This document shows positions 1-8,843 of a stretch of DNA of 32,000 nucleotides, in pieces. The DNA comes from Nitrososphaerota archaeon (lineage in GTDB: Archaea > Thermoproteota > Nitrososphaeria > Nitrososphaerales > UBA57): assembly GCA_013306035.1 (NCBI GenBank), contig JABUBF010000006.1, positions 30,001 to 62,000 of the forward strand. The letters run 5' to 3'. The notes beneath the pieces are model-generated. The model saw nothing but the letters and a program-made list of their open reading frames with translations, ran no database searches and was not told where the DNA came from. A program made the translations under genes and the position numbers. Each line of letters starts with the position of its first letter. Position 1 is the first letter of the stretch.

Positions 1-155
1 AGATTATTGCAGTTGTTGCAACTATTGCCTATGCTGGAACCGTAACTTTCATACTATTGAAAGTTCTCGATAAGACCATTGGTTTACGTGTAGATGCCAA
101 AGACGAAGAAGCTGGAATGGATATCTCTGTTCATGCTGAAGAAGCATACAACTAA
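1..155 (+). CDS. amt: Ammonium transporter (Amt/Mep family), C-terminal fragment; the 5' end lies outside the window
   Basis: The frame starting at nt 3 is open to the window edge. It translates to IIAVVATIAYAGTVTFILLKVLDKTIGLRVDAKDEEAGMDISVHAEEAYN*. This is a hydrophobic last TM helix followed by an LRV..EEE..G.D...H.E.AY tail typical of Amt proteins. Stop TAA is at 153-155. Confidence 0.65.
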   Translation, partial: IIAVVATIAYAGTVTFILLKVLDKTIGLRVDAKDEEAGMDISVHAEEAYN

Positions 156-164
156 TCATAAATT

Positions 165-207
165 GAATCAATCGAATTTAATATTCGATTGATTCTTTAT
201 TTATTTA
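165..207 (+). terminator. Stem-loop plus T-rich tract immediately downstream of amt
   Basis: A perfect 13-bp inverted repeat, GAATCAATCGAAT (165-177) and ATTCGATTGATTC (183-195), flanks a 5-nt loop. It is followed by TTTATTTATTT. It begins 10 nt after the amt stop codon. Confidence 0.5.
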
Positions 208-275
208 TACATAAGGTAATATTATTAACAATACTCTCTCAATCAATTGTGATTATATTGTCTGAATGGATTGTT

Positions 276-1145
276 ATGTCCGGACCATCATCTATAGAAC
301 TCTCTACTTCTATTTCTGACTCACTTGGAATTGAATTATTTGAAGTTGAGAATAAATCATTTCCAGACGGTGAACATAAAGTTCGTATACATAGTGAAGT
401 TCAAAATAAAAATATAATTCTTGTACAATCTCTATATCCATTAGTAGATCATCATTTTATGCAGTTTCTATTCACTACCTACAAATTGAGCCAGATGGGT
501 TCAAAAGTTTATGCTTGTGTTCCATATCTTGCTTATGCACGTCAAGATTTAGAATTTCAACGTGGGGAAGTTGCCAGTCTTGCCGTTGTATCTAGATTAT
601 TTCGATCAATCGGCGTGAATTCATTATTAACTGTTGATATTCACAGTACCCATGGCTTAGGATACTTTTCCTTTCCAACTTACAGCGTTTCTGCAATGCC
701 TTTATTGGCTAAATATGTAGAAAATAATCTTGATTTGAATTCTCCACTTGCAGTATCTCCTGATTTTGGAGGTTCTTCTCGCGTAGAAGCTTTCTCTAAA
801 TTACTTGACATAGAGTTTATTTCTCTAAAAAAGACTCGTAGCCGAACCACTGGGGAAGTTATCATGGAAGAAAGCAATGTGGAAGTTAAAGGACGTGATG
901 TATTATTGGTGGATGATATGATTAGTACAGGCACAAGTATTGTTCGTGCAGCTAATTACTTGAAAAAACTTGGCTCAAAACGTATTATAACTCTTTGCAC
1001 TCATGCCTTACTGGTAAATGACGCTGTTGATGCTATCAAAGCTGCGGGAGTTGATGAAATTATCTCTACTAATACAATTCCTAATGACGTGAGTAAAATA
1101 GATGTTACTGAAATCATCGTCGACCACTACAAATCCTTACGATAA
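276..1145 (+). CDS. prs: Ribose-phosphate pyrophosphokinase (PRPP synthetase)
   Basis: N-terminus SGPSSIELSTSISDSLGIEL..FPDGE..V matches the Prs pattern (SGSS.p.LA..IA..LG....F.DGE..V). The PRPP-binding loop is VLLVDDMISTGTS. The ORF track start at 189 (TTG) adds a hydrophobic non-homologous leader. ATG 276 is chosen, but the in-frame TTG 258 or GTG 249 are possible alternatives. Confidence 0.85.
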   Translation: MSGPSSIELSTSISDSLGIELFEVENKSFPDGEHKVRIHSEVQNKNIILVQSLYPLVDHHFMQFLFTTYKLSQMGSKVYACVPYLAYARQDLEFQRGEVASLAVVSRLFRSIGVNSLLTVDIHSTHGLGYFSFPTYSVSAMPLLAKYVENNLDLNSPLAVSPDFGGSSRVEAFSKLLDIEFISLKKTRSRTTGEVIMEESNVEVKGRDVLLVDDMISTGTSIVRAANYLKKLGSKRIITLCTHALLVNDAVDAIKAAGVDEIISTNTIPNDVSKIDVTEIIVDHYKSLR

Positions 1146-2160
1146 TTCCTTTATCAGTATTTTTGTCTTATCTGGGGATTTTCCACAACTTGGAAGGAGC
1201 GAACTAATCTCTATCCTTGAATCCAATGATATTCATTATGACATTGTGGATGAGAATTCTAGAATAATTATTCTTTCATTTGTAAATTATAAAAATTATT
1301 ATGAAGATTTGTTCAAAAGAATTGCTTATTGTAACTATTTCGGAACTCTTTTATTTACTTACGATATTAATTCTAGCAATCTACATCCTCACGCAAATAG
1401 TATCACATACCTTAAAAATTATCAAACATTTTCAGTTAGAAAAATAAATGTCTCAACTAAACTTGATAATACATATGAAAGCATTATTGGAGGATTGATT
1501 AAAAATCTAACTCCACATCTGAACGTAGATTTAACTTCTCCTGATGTTAGTTTGATCGCTTGTAAATTCAATAATTTACTACTGATCTTCTCAAATCATT
1601 TAATTTCTAGTGAACCTCGTTGGATTAATCGTCGACCTCGGGCTCGCCCATTTTTTCTTCCATTTGCCATACATCCAAAATTATCTCGAGCTCTGGTTAA
1701 TCTGTGCAGATTAAATCCTGGACAAATACTTTTAGATCCATTTTGCGGAACGGGTAGTATAGGTATTGAATCATGTTTACTTAATGTCCATTTTATTGGC
1801 ATTGATATCTCAAAAAAGATTTGTTTTGGAGCACAGCGAAATTTCACTCATTTTAATTTAGAAAATTCTAATATTATTCATGCAGATTCATTAAATATTC
1901 CTCTTTCTTCTATTGATGGGATTGTTACTGATTTTCCTTATGGTAGAAGCACCATCAAAAAATTCTCTGATAATGTGAAATTTATGGATAAATTTTTTGA
2001 TATTTCGTCTAGATTACTGAATTCAGGCTCATATATTGTTTTTATGTCGCCTAAAGACTGGCCTGAATATAACTTTTCTGGCTATTGTCTTATTGATAAA
2101 CATGAGATCTATATCCATAGTAATCTTACCCGAGTGATTAGAGTAATTCGTAAACTCTGA
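1102..2160 (+). CDS. trm11: THUMP-type SAM-dependent tRNA (guanine-N2) methyltransferase, Trm11 / archaeal Trm-G10-like
   Basis: SAM-binding motif I is LLDPFCGTGSIGIE and catalytic motif IV is DFPYGRS (a DPPYG variant). Size is about 350 aa and the N-terminal region has the length expected for a THUMP module. The only in-frame start is ATG 1102, giving a 44-nt overlap with prs. Confidence 0.65.
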   Translation: MLLKSSSTTTNPYDNSFISIFVLSGDFPQLGRSELISILESNDIHYDIVDENSRIIILSFVNYKNYYEDLFKRIAYCNYFGTLLFTYDINSSNLHPHANSITYLKNYQTFSVRKINVSTKLDNTYESIIGGLIKNLTPHLNVDLTSPDVSLIACKFNNLLLIFSNHLISSEPRWINRRPRARPFFLPFAIHPKLSRALVNLCRLNPGQILLDPFCGTGSIGIESCLLNVHFIGIDISKKICFGAQRNFTHFNLENSNIIHADSLNIPLSSIDGIVTDFPYGRSTIKKFSDNVKFMDKFFDISSRLLNSGSYIVFMSPKDWPEYNFSGYCLIDKHEIYIHSNLTRVIRVIRKL

Positions 2161-2199
2161 ATGTTTATTATTTATTCTAATTTATATAGAATAATTAGA

Positions 2200-3162
2200 A
2201 TGACCGATCTAAAAATAACTCTGCTTGGCACCTCTGGCGCTATTCCTACAAGTCAAAGAAATCTAATTTCTAATGTCATAATTCGAGATAATGAACTATT
2301 CATATTTGATACAGGCGAATCAATTCAGCAATCTATGATGAAAAATAAAGTTGGTATGAATCGCCCTACTCATATTTTTATCTCTCACATGCACGGAGAT
2401 CATATCTTAGGTTTATTGGGATTAATTCAAACTATGTCATTATTGTTGCGTGATAAACCTTTGTTTGTTTATGGCCCATCTGGAATCTCACGTTTTCTAA
2501 AATCTAATATAAGTATCTTCAATATTAAATTAAATTTCAAATTAATTATTAAAGAAATTAACTCTGGATTAATTGTTAAAACTCAAGATTATAAAATCTA
2601 TGCAAAGAAAGCTAATCATTCTATCTTAAATTATTCATATGTTTTTATTGAATCCGATCGCCCAGGAAAATTTTATGTTTCTAAAGCAAAAAAACTTGGA
2701 ATTCCAGAAGGTTCACTTTGGTCTAAACTTCAGAGTGGACATTCTATTCGTTATAATGGTAAATCTATCCGACCTACTGATGTTATGGGAAAGTCTCGAC
2801 CTGGTAGAAAGATTGGTATTTCCGGTGATACAAGACCTTCCAAATCGTTAACTCATTTTTTTTCATCATGTGATATATTAATCCATGAATCTACTTTCTC
2901 AAATGATCAACAAGATTTGGCCATTGAAAGATTTCATAGCACTTCTACCGAAGCTGCAAATGTTGCTAAAGAATCTTCTTCAACTATACTTATTCTTACT
3001 CATTTTAGTTCACGGTATAATGATGTTAAATTACTTGAAAAACAGGCATGTAAAGTCCATCGTAATACTATTGCAGGTAGAGATTTTATGACTTTTACTG
3101 TTCCTTACCGTGATGAAAAGCGATTGACTAAGTCTTATATCTTGGAACAAACCAGTCAATAA
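2200..3162 (+). CDS. rnz: Ribonuclease Z (tRNA 3' endonuclease, metallo-beta-lactamase fold)
   Basis: MTDLKITLLGTSGAIPT N-terminus and the His motif ISHMHGDHILGL (HxHxDH). The C-terminal end carries LTHFSSRY. ATG 2200 is preferred over the track start at 2161, which adds 13 non-homologous residues. Confidence 0.85.
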   Translation: MTDLKITLLGTSGAIPTSQRNLISNVIIRDNELFIFDTGESIQQSMMKNKVGMNRPTHIFISHMHGDHILGLLGLIQTMSLLLRDKPLFVYGPSGISRFLKSNISIFNIKLNFKLIIKEINSGLIVKTQDYKIYAKKANHSILNYSYVFIESDRPGKFYVSKAKKLGIPEGSLWSKLQSGHSIRYNGKSIRPTDVMGKSRPGRKIGISGDTRPSKSLTHFFSSCDILIHESTFSNDQQDLAIERFHSTSTEAANVAKESSSTILILTHFSSRYNDVKLLEKQACKVHRNTIAGRDFMTFTVPYRDEKRLTKSYILEQTSQ

Positions 3163-3538
3163 ATTCTAAAATATTTTCTGTCTTAATCTTCATGAATATC
3201 GGCCCTAAAGGTGACTCTTTGGAGTTTTCACAGATTACAATTGAATCTATTGCTGCAGCTTGTTTATTGAATAAAATATAAGTCATATCTTTTTCTGAAT
3301 TTCTCATTAGCACCTTTCTAGCAATATGCGTTGTTTGTTTATTTCTCAATCTATCGTATAAATTCATTAATTTTTTATAATCGGTAGATTTTCCAATTAT
3401 TTCCTTATCTTTCACATCATAATCTATATCGACGATGTTTGTCATTGCATATATTAAATCGTTTTTATCTTCTGTCTTATTCAATTCTGTTTTTATTGTT
3501 ATCTTGATATTATCTTGTAACTCTTCCATCTTATTCAC
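3128..3538 (-). CDS. UPF0201 / COG1931-type predicted RNA-binding protein
   Basis: The C-terminal half, FNKQAAAIDSIVI...ESPLGPIFMKI......IDWFVP, matches my recollection of the conserved UPF0201 signature (NKQAA....ESPLGPI....IDWLAP). It overlaps the upstream kinase-like gene by 4 nt, the usual UPF0200-UPF0201 pairing. Confidence 0.6.
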   Translation of the reverse strand: MNKMEELQDNIKITIKTELNKTEDKNDLIYAMTNIVDIDYDVKDKEIIGKSTDYKKLMNLYDRLRNKQTTHIARKVLMRNSEKDMTYILFNKQAAAIDSIVICENSKESPLGPIFMKIKTENILEFIDWFVPRYKT

Positions 3539-4086
3539 ATCAAATTATGCAGAATTGATTCAGTTTTTCTCGCATATTCCTCTTTTATTAATCCGACGTT
3601 TTCGATAATTATGTCTGCCCTTTCCATAACTTGACCTAGTCCTATCTCTAATTCTTTGCTATCTCGTCGATTAAACTCTTCTTTATCAATTGGCGCATCA
3701 CTACGTTTTCTTTCTAGTAAAAATTTCATCCTTTGTTCAGAAGTATTACTGATTAATACTATTTTGACATCTCCTATCTTCGTAAATAATTCAATTTCCT
3801 CAATATTTCTAATTCCATCAATTATTATATTCTCATTAGTTATCTCATTTATCTTATCTATACACATGTTTGCAACTGCATTATTCCCTCTTTCTTTTCT
3901 CAATTCTCGCATTAATCTAGATAAAGATTCTGAATCATTATCTACTCCCCTATTTTCTGCTTCTTTTCTAACTTGATTTCCCATTATAATTAATTCATAT
4001 CCTAATCTTTTTCCTATTTCACAAAATAGTGACTTTCCTGCACCTGGTAAACCAGTAACACAAATCAACTTCTTTCTTTTTACCAT
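3535..4086 (-). CDS. P-loop nucleotide/nucleoside kinase-like protein (UPF0200 / dephospho-CoA-kinase-like family)
   Basis: MVKRKKLICVTGLPGAGKS Walker A lies at the extreme N-terminus. Size is about 180 aa. It is translationally coupled to the UPF0201 gene. ATG 4086 is chosen; GTG 4095 is possible. Confidence 0.6.
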   Translation of the reverse strand: MVKRKKLICVTGLPGAGKSLFCEIGKRLGYELIIMGNQVRKEAENRGVDNDSESLSRLMRELRKERGNNAVANMCIDKINEITNENIIIDGIRNIEEIELFTKIGDVKIVLISNTSEQRMKFLLERKRSDAPIDKEEFNRRDSKELEIGLGQVMERADIIIENVGLIKEEYARKTESILHNLM

Positions 4087-4135
4087 AACGAACACAATTA
4101 ATAAGTAGTTTTTGTTAATATGTTTGAGTGATTAA

Positions 4136-5533
4136 TTGGACATTAACTCGATTAAAAAATTAGTGTTAAAAAAGCATAAACCAGAATCATCATATAATAA
4201 ACAATTATCTAAATTTGCTAATAATCTCATAGACAAACTTTGGCGTAATAATTATCAAGATCAACAAAAATCACCTATTTTTCCAATATCTGATATTGTA
4301 TTAGGAGGTTCAGTCGCCAAAGGAACTTGGTTAAAAGACTCTGCCGACATAGATATTTTTATCAAACTTGACGCAGATTCAAATAGGACTGATTTGGAAC
4401 ATTCACTTGAAATAGGAAAAAATACCCTCGATTCATTAAAAGGATATTCTTGGTCCTTGCGTTATTCTGAACATCCATATATCGAAGCTGAAACTAAATT
4501 TCTAGGTAAAATAATAAAAATTAATATTGTTTCATGTTTTGATGTAAATCCAAAAGACTGGAAAAGCGCAGCAGATAGGTCTCCACATCATACTGATTAT
4601 ATTCTCGATAAATTCACTCCTAAAATGAAGGATGAAGTTAGAATATTGAAACAATTCCTGATTTCGAATAAAATCTATGGCGCTGAAATTAAAATTCAAG
4701 GATTTAGTGGCTATGTATGTGAATTGCTTATTCTCAAGTACAAAAATTTTAACAATTTACTAAAACACATGGGCAATTTTAGTCCAGAAACTAGCATTTA
4801 TTTTGATGAATCTCATTCTAAATTCACTAAATTACATAACTCTCCGATGATAATGCTTGATCCCGTAGACCCTAAAAGAAATCTTGGAACTGCCATCTCC
4901 TCTCAAAATCTTAATAAATTTATTTATCTCTCTACCAAATTTTTGAATAATCCTTCTAATAAATTCTTTATTTCAAATAAAACCAAATTTAATGAATCCC
5001 TATCAGATAATCTAATACTAGTTTATTTTAAACACGATAAAAAAACTATAGATACCTTGTGGGGACAATTACGTAGATCCTTTAACCATACTTCTAAATA
5101 TCTCTCAAAAAATAATTTCAATATCATTCGTTCTACTATTTCCAGTAATGACGAAGACCAAAGTGCCTTTATCTTTCTGCTTGAAAATCTATCTATCTCA
5201 AATACTCGCCTTCATATTGGTCCTTCTTCTCATATGAAAAATGAATCAATTGCCTTTATTCAAAAGAATAAACGACAATCTCTATCTTTCTGGATCGATT
5301 CAGATGGGATACTTAATTCACTACAACCTAGACAATATTCACGAATTAAAGATCTAATTACTTCTTCTATTAATTCTAATAATGTACTTGGTATAGCTCC
5401 TGGAATTAAGGATTCGTTTGATAAAACCTCTAAGATTTATATTGGCCAATCTGTAATTTCTTTTTCAACTAATAAATCTTGGCTATATGACTCTTTAGGT
5501 GATGTTATTGGAACTGAATCGTACTTATCTTGA
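4136..5533 (+). CDS. cca: CCA-adding enzyme (archaeal class I tRNA nucleotidyltransferase)
   Basis: The nucleotidyltransferase motif is LGGSVAKGTWLKDSADIDIFI (G[SG]..x..DxD). The downstream region carries SPHHTDY and GAEIKIQGFSGYVCELL, typical of archaeal CCA enzymes. Size is 465 aa. It needs a TTG start at 4136 because there is no in-frame ATG until far downstream. Confidence 0.85.
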   Translation: MDINSIKKLVLKKHKPESSYNKQLSKFANNLIDKLWRNNYQDQQKSPIFPISDIVLGGSVAKGTWLKDSADIDIFIKLDADSNRTDLEHSLEIGKNTLDSLKGYSWSLRYSEHPYIEAETKFLGKIIKINIVSCFDVNPKDWKSAADRSPHHTDYILDKFTPKMKDEVRILKQFLISNKIYGAEIKIQGFSGYVCELLILKYKNFNNLLKHMGNFSPETSIYFDESHSKFTKLHNSPMIMLDPVDPKRNLGTAISSQNLNKFIYLSTKFLNNPSNKFFISNKTKFNESLSDNLILVYFKHDKKTIDTLWGQLRRSFNHTSKYLSKNNFNIIRSTISSNDEDQSAFIFLLENLSISNTRLHIGPSSHMKNESIAFIQKNKRQSLSFWIDSDGILNSLQPRQYSRIKDLITSSINSNNVLGIAPGIKDSFDKTSKIYIGQSVISFSTNKSWLYDSLGDVIGTESYLS

Positions 5534-6269
5534 TATCAATAAACGTACAAATAATGAAATTTTACAATATCTTCTTTGCTATCCTAAATATGATAATAAT
5601 TTATTCAAATTGCGATTGCAAGAATTAAAACAACTTGGTATACAACGTCTTGAATTGGTCGGCCCTACAATAATAAATGGTAATGCAATTCTTGGCAAGG
5701 GCACTAGAGGAATAGTAATAAAAGCTCATTCTAAAAATTTTTATTGTGCATTAAAAATTAGAAGATTAGATTCCCCTCGAATTAATTTATTAAATGAAGT
5801 AAAAATTCAATCATACGTAAATTCATTTGGTGTTGGACCTAAAATAATTAACTACTCTGATAATTTTATTATGATGGAATTAATTAATGGTAAAGTATTA
5901 TCTGATTTTTATCTTATGCCTTCTATTAATACTGAGATAATCCGCCGTATGATTAAATCATTATTGAATCAGTGTTATAAACTCGATCTCTATGGAATTG
6001 ATCATGGTGAATTGAGCGATTTACGTAAACACGTGATAATTAATCAACGTGTTAATATTATTGATTTTGACTCTTCTAGCACTAATCGAAAAACATCTAA
6101 TCTTACCTCTTGTATTCAATATCTATTTATTGGTGGTCCTCAATCCAAAACATTTCAAACTCTGTTTGATATTGATATTGATAATATGATTCTTTTACTC
6201 CGTCAGTATAAATTAAATAAAAATTATTTAAACTTCTCTCATTTACTCAATCTCTTGAACATGAATTAA
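5502..6269 (+). CDS. Small RIO/Bud32-like protein kinase (COG2112-type predicted Ser/Thr kinase)
   Basis: Gly-rich loop LGKGTRGIV, lysine motif CALKIRR, catalytic-loop-like IDHGELSDLRKHVII and DFG-like IIDFDSS. Its start overlaps the cca 3' end by about 32 nt. Confidence 0.6.
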   Translation: MLLELNRTYLDINKRTNNEILQYLLCYPKYDNNLFKLRLQELKQLGIQRLELVGPTIINGNAILGKGTRGIVIKAHSKNFYCALKIRRLDSPRINLLNEVKIQSYVNSFGVGPKIINYSDNFIMMELINGKVLSDFYLMPSINTEIIRRMIKSLLNQCYKLDLYGIDHGELSDLRKHVIINQRVNIIDFDSSSTNRKTSNLTSCIQYLFIGGPQSKTFQTLFDIDIDNMILLLRQYKLNKNYLNFSHLLNLLNMN

Positions 6270-6296
6270 ATACGTTAGTGAGTTTAATTTTTACAT

Positions 6297-6430
6297 GGGG
6301 CCGTTGTCTAGTTATTTAGATTATTATTCTATTTAGGAAAACTTGGTCTAAGATGCCAGAATAATTAATGGCAAACCTGGGGACTTTGTTTGAATGCTGG
6401 TGATCGCGTGTTCAAATCACGCCGGCCCCA
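6297..6430 (+). tRNA. tRNA-Pro (anticodon GGG), 134 nt gene with three inferred insertions
   Basis: - Acceptor stem: GGGGCCG / CGGCCCC, with discriminator A.
- D arm: stem GTCT / AGAT and D-loop ends AG...CTTGGTCTA.
- T arm: GCGTG TTCAAAT CACGC.
- Excisions: removing 6312-6341 (30 nt, D loop), 6360-6375 (16 nt, position 30/31) and 6384-6395 (12 nt, position 38/39) gives a perfect anticodon arm, CCAGC CTGGGGA GCTGG, and a 76-nt cloverleaf.
- Anticodon: GGG at 6379-6381. Confidence 0.8.
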
Positions 6431-6433
6431 TCT

Positions 6434-7156
6434 CTAATAACCAAAGAAAATTATACTGATGAACGATATTGATGTGATAAACATCACGATTAAATCTTGT
6501 TTAATTAATTGAAGAGAATATAGCGATGTCGGATTCTTACTGATTCCATAACCTCTTGATTCCATAGCTTCTGCAAGCTCTCCACTTCTTATTACTTCGT
6601 TTATTATTAATGGCACTAATATTGGAATAAATTTCTTGATTCTTATAATTGGATTTCCTTTTTCTAATTCAAGCCCTCTTGATTTTTGAGCATCAATTAT
6701 TTGCAATGTATCCATTAATATCACTGGAACAAATCTTACTGATGTTACGAATGCAAATACCAAATCTCTTGGTAATCTGAACCATCTTAATACATATTCT
6801 AATTCATCTGGAGACGTTACGAGGAAAAATAATGACGTAGAACAAACTATTGCAATAAATCTTAACGCAATTTGTATTGAATATACCAAACTATACCCCG
6901 CAAAATAATTTATTATCAAAATTAATGCTGAAAATCCTGTAGCAAAAATCATCGTTCTTAACAACCTTTTTGTTATTTTGCCTAATAGCGAGAATATCGA
7001 TATCGCTATGAATATTATAGCTAGATTGTATAAATTTGATACTAATAGTGCAAGTGTAAATAATTGTATTGAGATTAGTAACTTAACTCTTGGATCTAGT
7101 TTATGTATGATTGAATTACTTTTCCTATAAATAAATCCGTTAGCTATGAAATACAT
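6434..7156 (-). CDS. ecfT: ECF transporter transmembrane (T) component, EcfT/CbiQ family
   Basis: A 240-aa polytopic membrane protein. It carries the conserved C-terminal coupling helices (ARG-type motifs: AQKSRGLE and AMESRGY). It sits directly downstream of two ABC ATPase genes. Confidence 0.8.
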   Translation of the reverse strand: MYFIANGFIYRKSNSIIHKLDPRVKLLISIQLFTLALLVSNLYNLAIIFIAISIFSLLGKITKRLLRTMIFATGFSALILIINYFAGYSLVYSIQIALRFIAIVCSTSLFFLVTSPDELEYVLRWFRLPRDLVFAFVTSVRFVPVILMDTLQIIDAQKSRGLELEKGNPIIRIKKFIPILVPLIINEVIRSGELAEAMESRGYGISKNPTSLYSLQLIKQDLIVMFITSISFISIIFFGY

Positions 7157-7966
7157 TCATTCCTCCATTAAACCCTGAATTCTTTTACATGCATCCTCTA
7201 GATTAATTGGAATATCCTTTTCAATCCCTAGACCATTAAATATTTTAATTATTTGTGGTGGAATTAGTCCTACTTTATTCATTAATTCTTTATCTGTAAA
7301 AATCTTTTCTGGATGATTAATCTCTATTATTCTTCCATCTGACATTGTTATTATATTTGGTTGCAATCTCCATAAAAATTCAATGTCATGTGAAATGATG
7401 ATTATTGTTTTATTATTACTATGTAGTGTATTTATGAATTCAAATAAAATATTCTTTTGTAACTCATCTTGTCCTACAGTTGGTTCATCTAGAATCAATA
7501 TCTCTGGATTCCATGCCAATACTGATGCTAAACATACTTTCTTTTTTTCTCCTCCGCTAAGTTTTAATGGAGATATTTCCTCATATTTCCTCAAATTAAA
7601 TAAATCTGTCATTAATTCGTATCTCTCATCTATGTAATCCTGATCAAATCCAAAATTCTTTAATCCAAATAATATTTCATTCTTTACTGTATCTGCAAAT
7701 AATTGATGATTTGCATTCTGAAATACCATTCCTACATTTCTTGATAATTCTGCTACTGATGACTTCTTTGTACTATTGTTCTCTATTGTTACTTCGCCCT
7801 CTGACGGTTTTAATAATCCATTTATGTGTTTTACTAAAGTTGTTTTTCCTGCTCCATTATTCCCTACAATTGCTGTAATTGAATTCTTTTTAATTTTTAG
7901 ATTGATATTATCTAACGCATTTGTTCCACCTGGATGATTATAACTTACTTGTTTAAATTCTATCAA
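7157..7966 (-). CDS. ecfA: ECF transporter ATPase component (ABC ATPase, EcfA/CbiO family), second copy
   Basis: Walker A GNNGAGKTT, signature LSGGEKKK, Walker B ILILDEPT and H-loop SHD. It overlaps the upstream ATPase gene by 4 nt and abuts ecfT. Confidence 0.85.
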   Translation of the reverse strand: MIEFKQVSYNHPGGTNALDNINLKIKKNSITAIVGNNGAGKTTLVKHINGLLKPSEGEVTIENNSTKKSSVAELSRNVGMVFQNANHQLFADTVKNEILFGLKNFGFDQDYIDERYELMTDLFNLRKYEEISPLKLSGGEKKKVCLASVLAWNPEILILDEPTVGQDELQKNILFEFINTLHSNNKTIIIISHDIEFLWRLQPNIITMSDGRIIEINHPEKIFTDKELMNKVGLIPPQIIKIFNGLGIEKDIPINLEDACKRIQGLMEE

Positions 7967-8811
7967 CTTTTCTTCCTTACCTCATTTATCATGTCGTCTG
8001 CACAAGTTACTGGTTTAGAAAATTCTACATGTGCTTTTGCAAGTTCTCTATATATCTTTGTAGAAAAAGGAATACCTAATTCAGGTATGATAAGTTTTTT
8101 ATAATTAAATACATTTTCTGGTTTATCATTAGAAACTATCTTTCCATTAGATAAGATAATTAATCTATCTGCATATTTCAGAACTAAGTCTAATCGGTGT
8201 TCTACAATAATTATTGATATTCCATTTTCTCTACATAATTTATTCATTAATTCCATAAATTCTGACGCTGTTTTTGGATCTAATAGAGAAGTTGGCTCAT
8301 CTAAAATTAAAATTTTTGGCTCCATTGCCAAAACTCCTGCCAATGCAGTTCTTTGTTTCTGTCCATCTGATAGTTCATGTGGTGCTTTTTCTGCCAAGTG
8401 TGTTATGTTTAGTGTCTCCATTATTTTTTTAATTCTTTCTTTTATTATTTCTTGTTCAATACCTAAATTTTCTAATCCAAAAGCAATGTCTCTCTCTACT
8501 GAAAACATAAAAATTTGATTTTCTGGGTTTTGAAATACGAATCCTACTCGTTCAGCTATTTCTTTTATTTCTGCATCTTTAATTCTTATTCCATCTACTA
8601 TTACTTCTCCTGAATATTCTCCATCATACATATTTGGTATTAACCCTACAATGGATCTCAGTAAAGTAGATTTTCCACACCCTGTTGGTCCTGCTAAAAC
8701 TGTTATTTCATTTGATTCAATACTCAGATTAATATTTTCTAATATGTTGGTCTTTGACGAACTATACTTGAATGAAAAATCATTGAATTTTATTATCTCT
8801 TCTTTAGACAT
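7963..8811 (-). CDS. ecfA: ECF transporter ATPase component (ABC ATPase, EcfA/CbiO family), first copy
   Basis: Walker A GPTGCGKST, signature LSDGQKQR, Walker B ILILDEPT and H-loop VEHR. Confidence 0.85.
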   Translation of the reverse strand: MSKEEIIKFNDFSFKYSSSKTNILENINLSIESNEITVLAGPTGCGKSTLLRSIVGLIPNMYDGEYSGEVIVDGIRIKDAEIKEIAERVGFVFQNPENQIFMFSVERDIAFGLENLGIEQEIIKERIKKIMETLNITHLAEKAPHELSDGQKQRTALAGVLAMEPKILILDEPTSLLDPKTASEFMELMNKLCRENGISIIIVEHRLDLVLKYADRLIILSNGKIVSNDKPENVFNYKKLIIPELGIPFSTKIYRELAKAHVEFSKPVTCADDMINEVRKKS

Positions 8812-8843
8812 TATTTCTGATAAATTCTAATTACATAATAGTA

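Noticed and set aside
189-275. The 5' extensions of track ORFs: prs from 189, rnz from 2161 and rbkR from 14192.
   Set aside because: The extensions encode hydrophobic or non-homologous leaders ahead of the conserved N-terminal motifs. The rbkR extension would overlap hjc by 65 nt. Downstream ATG codons fit the family N-termini better.
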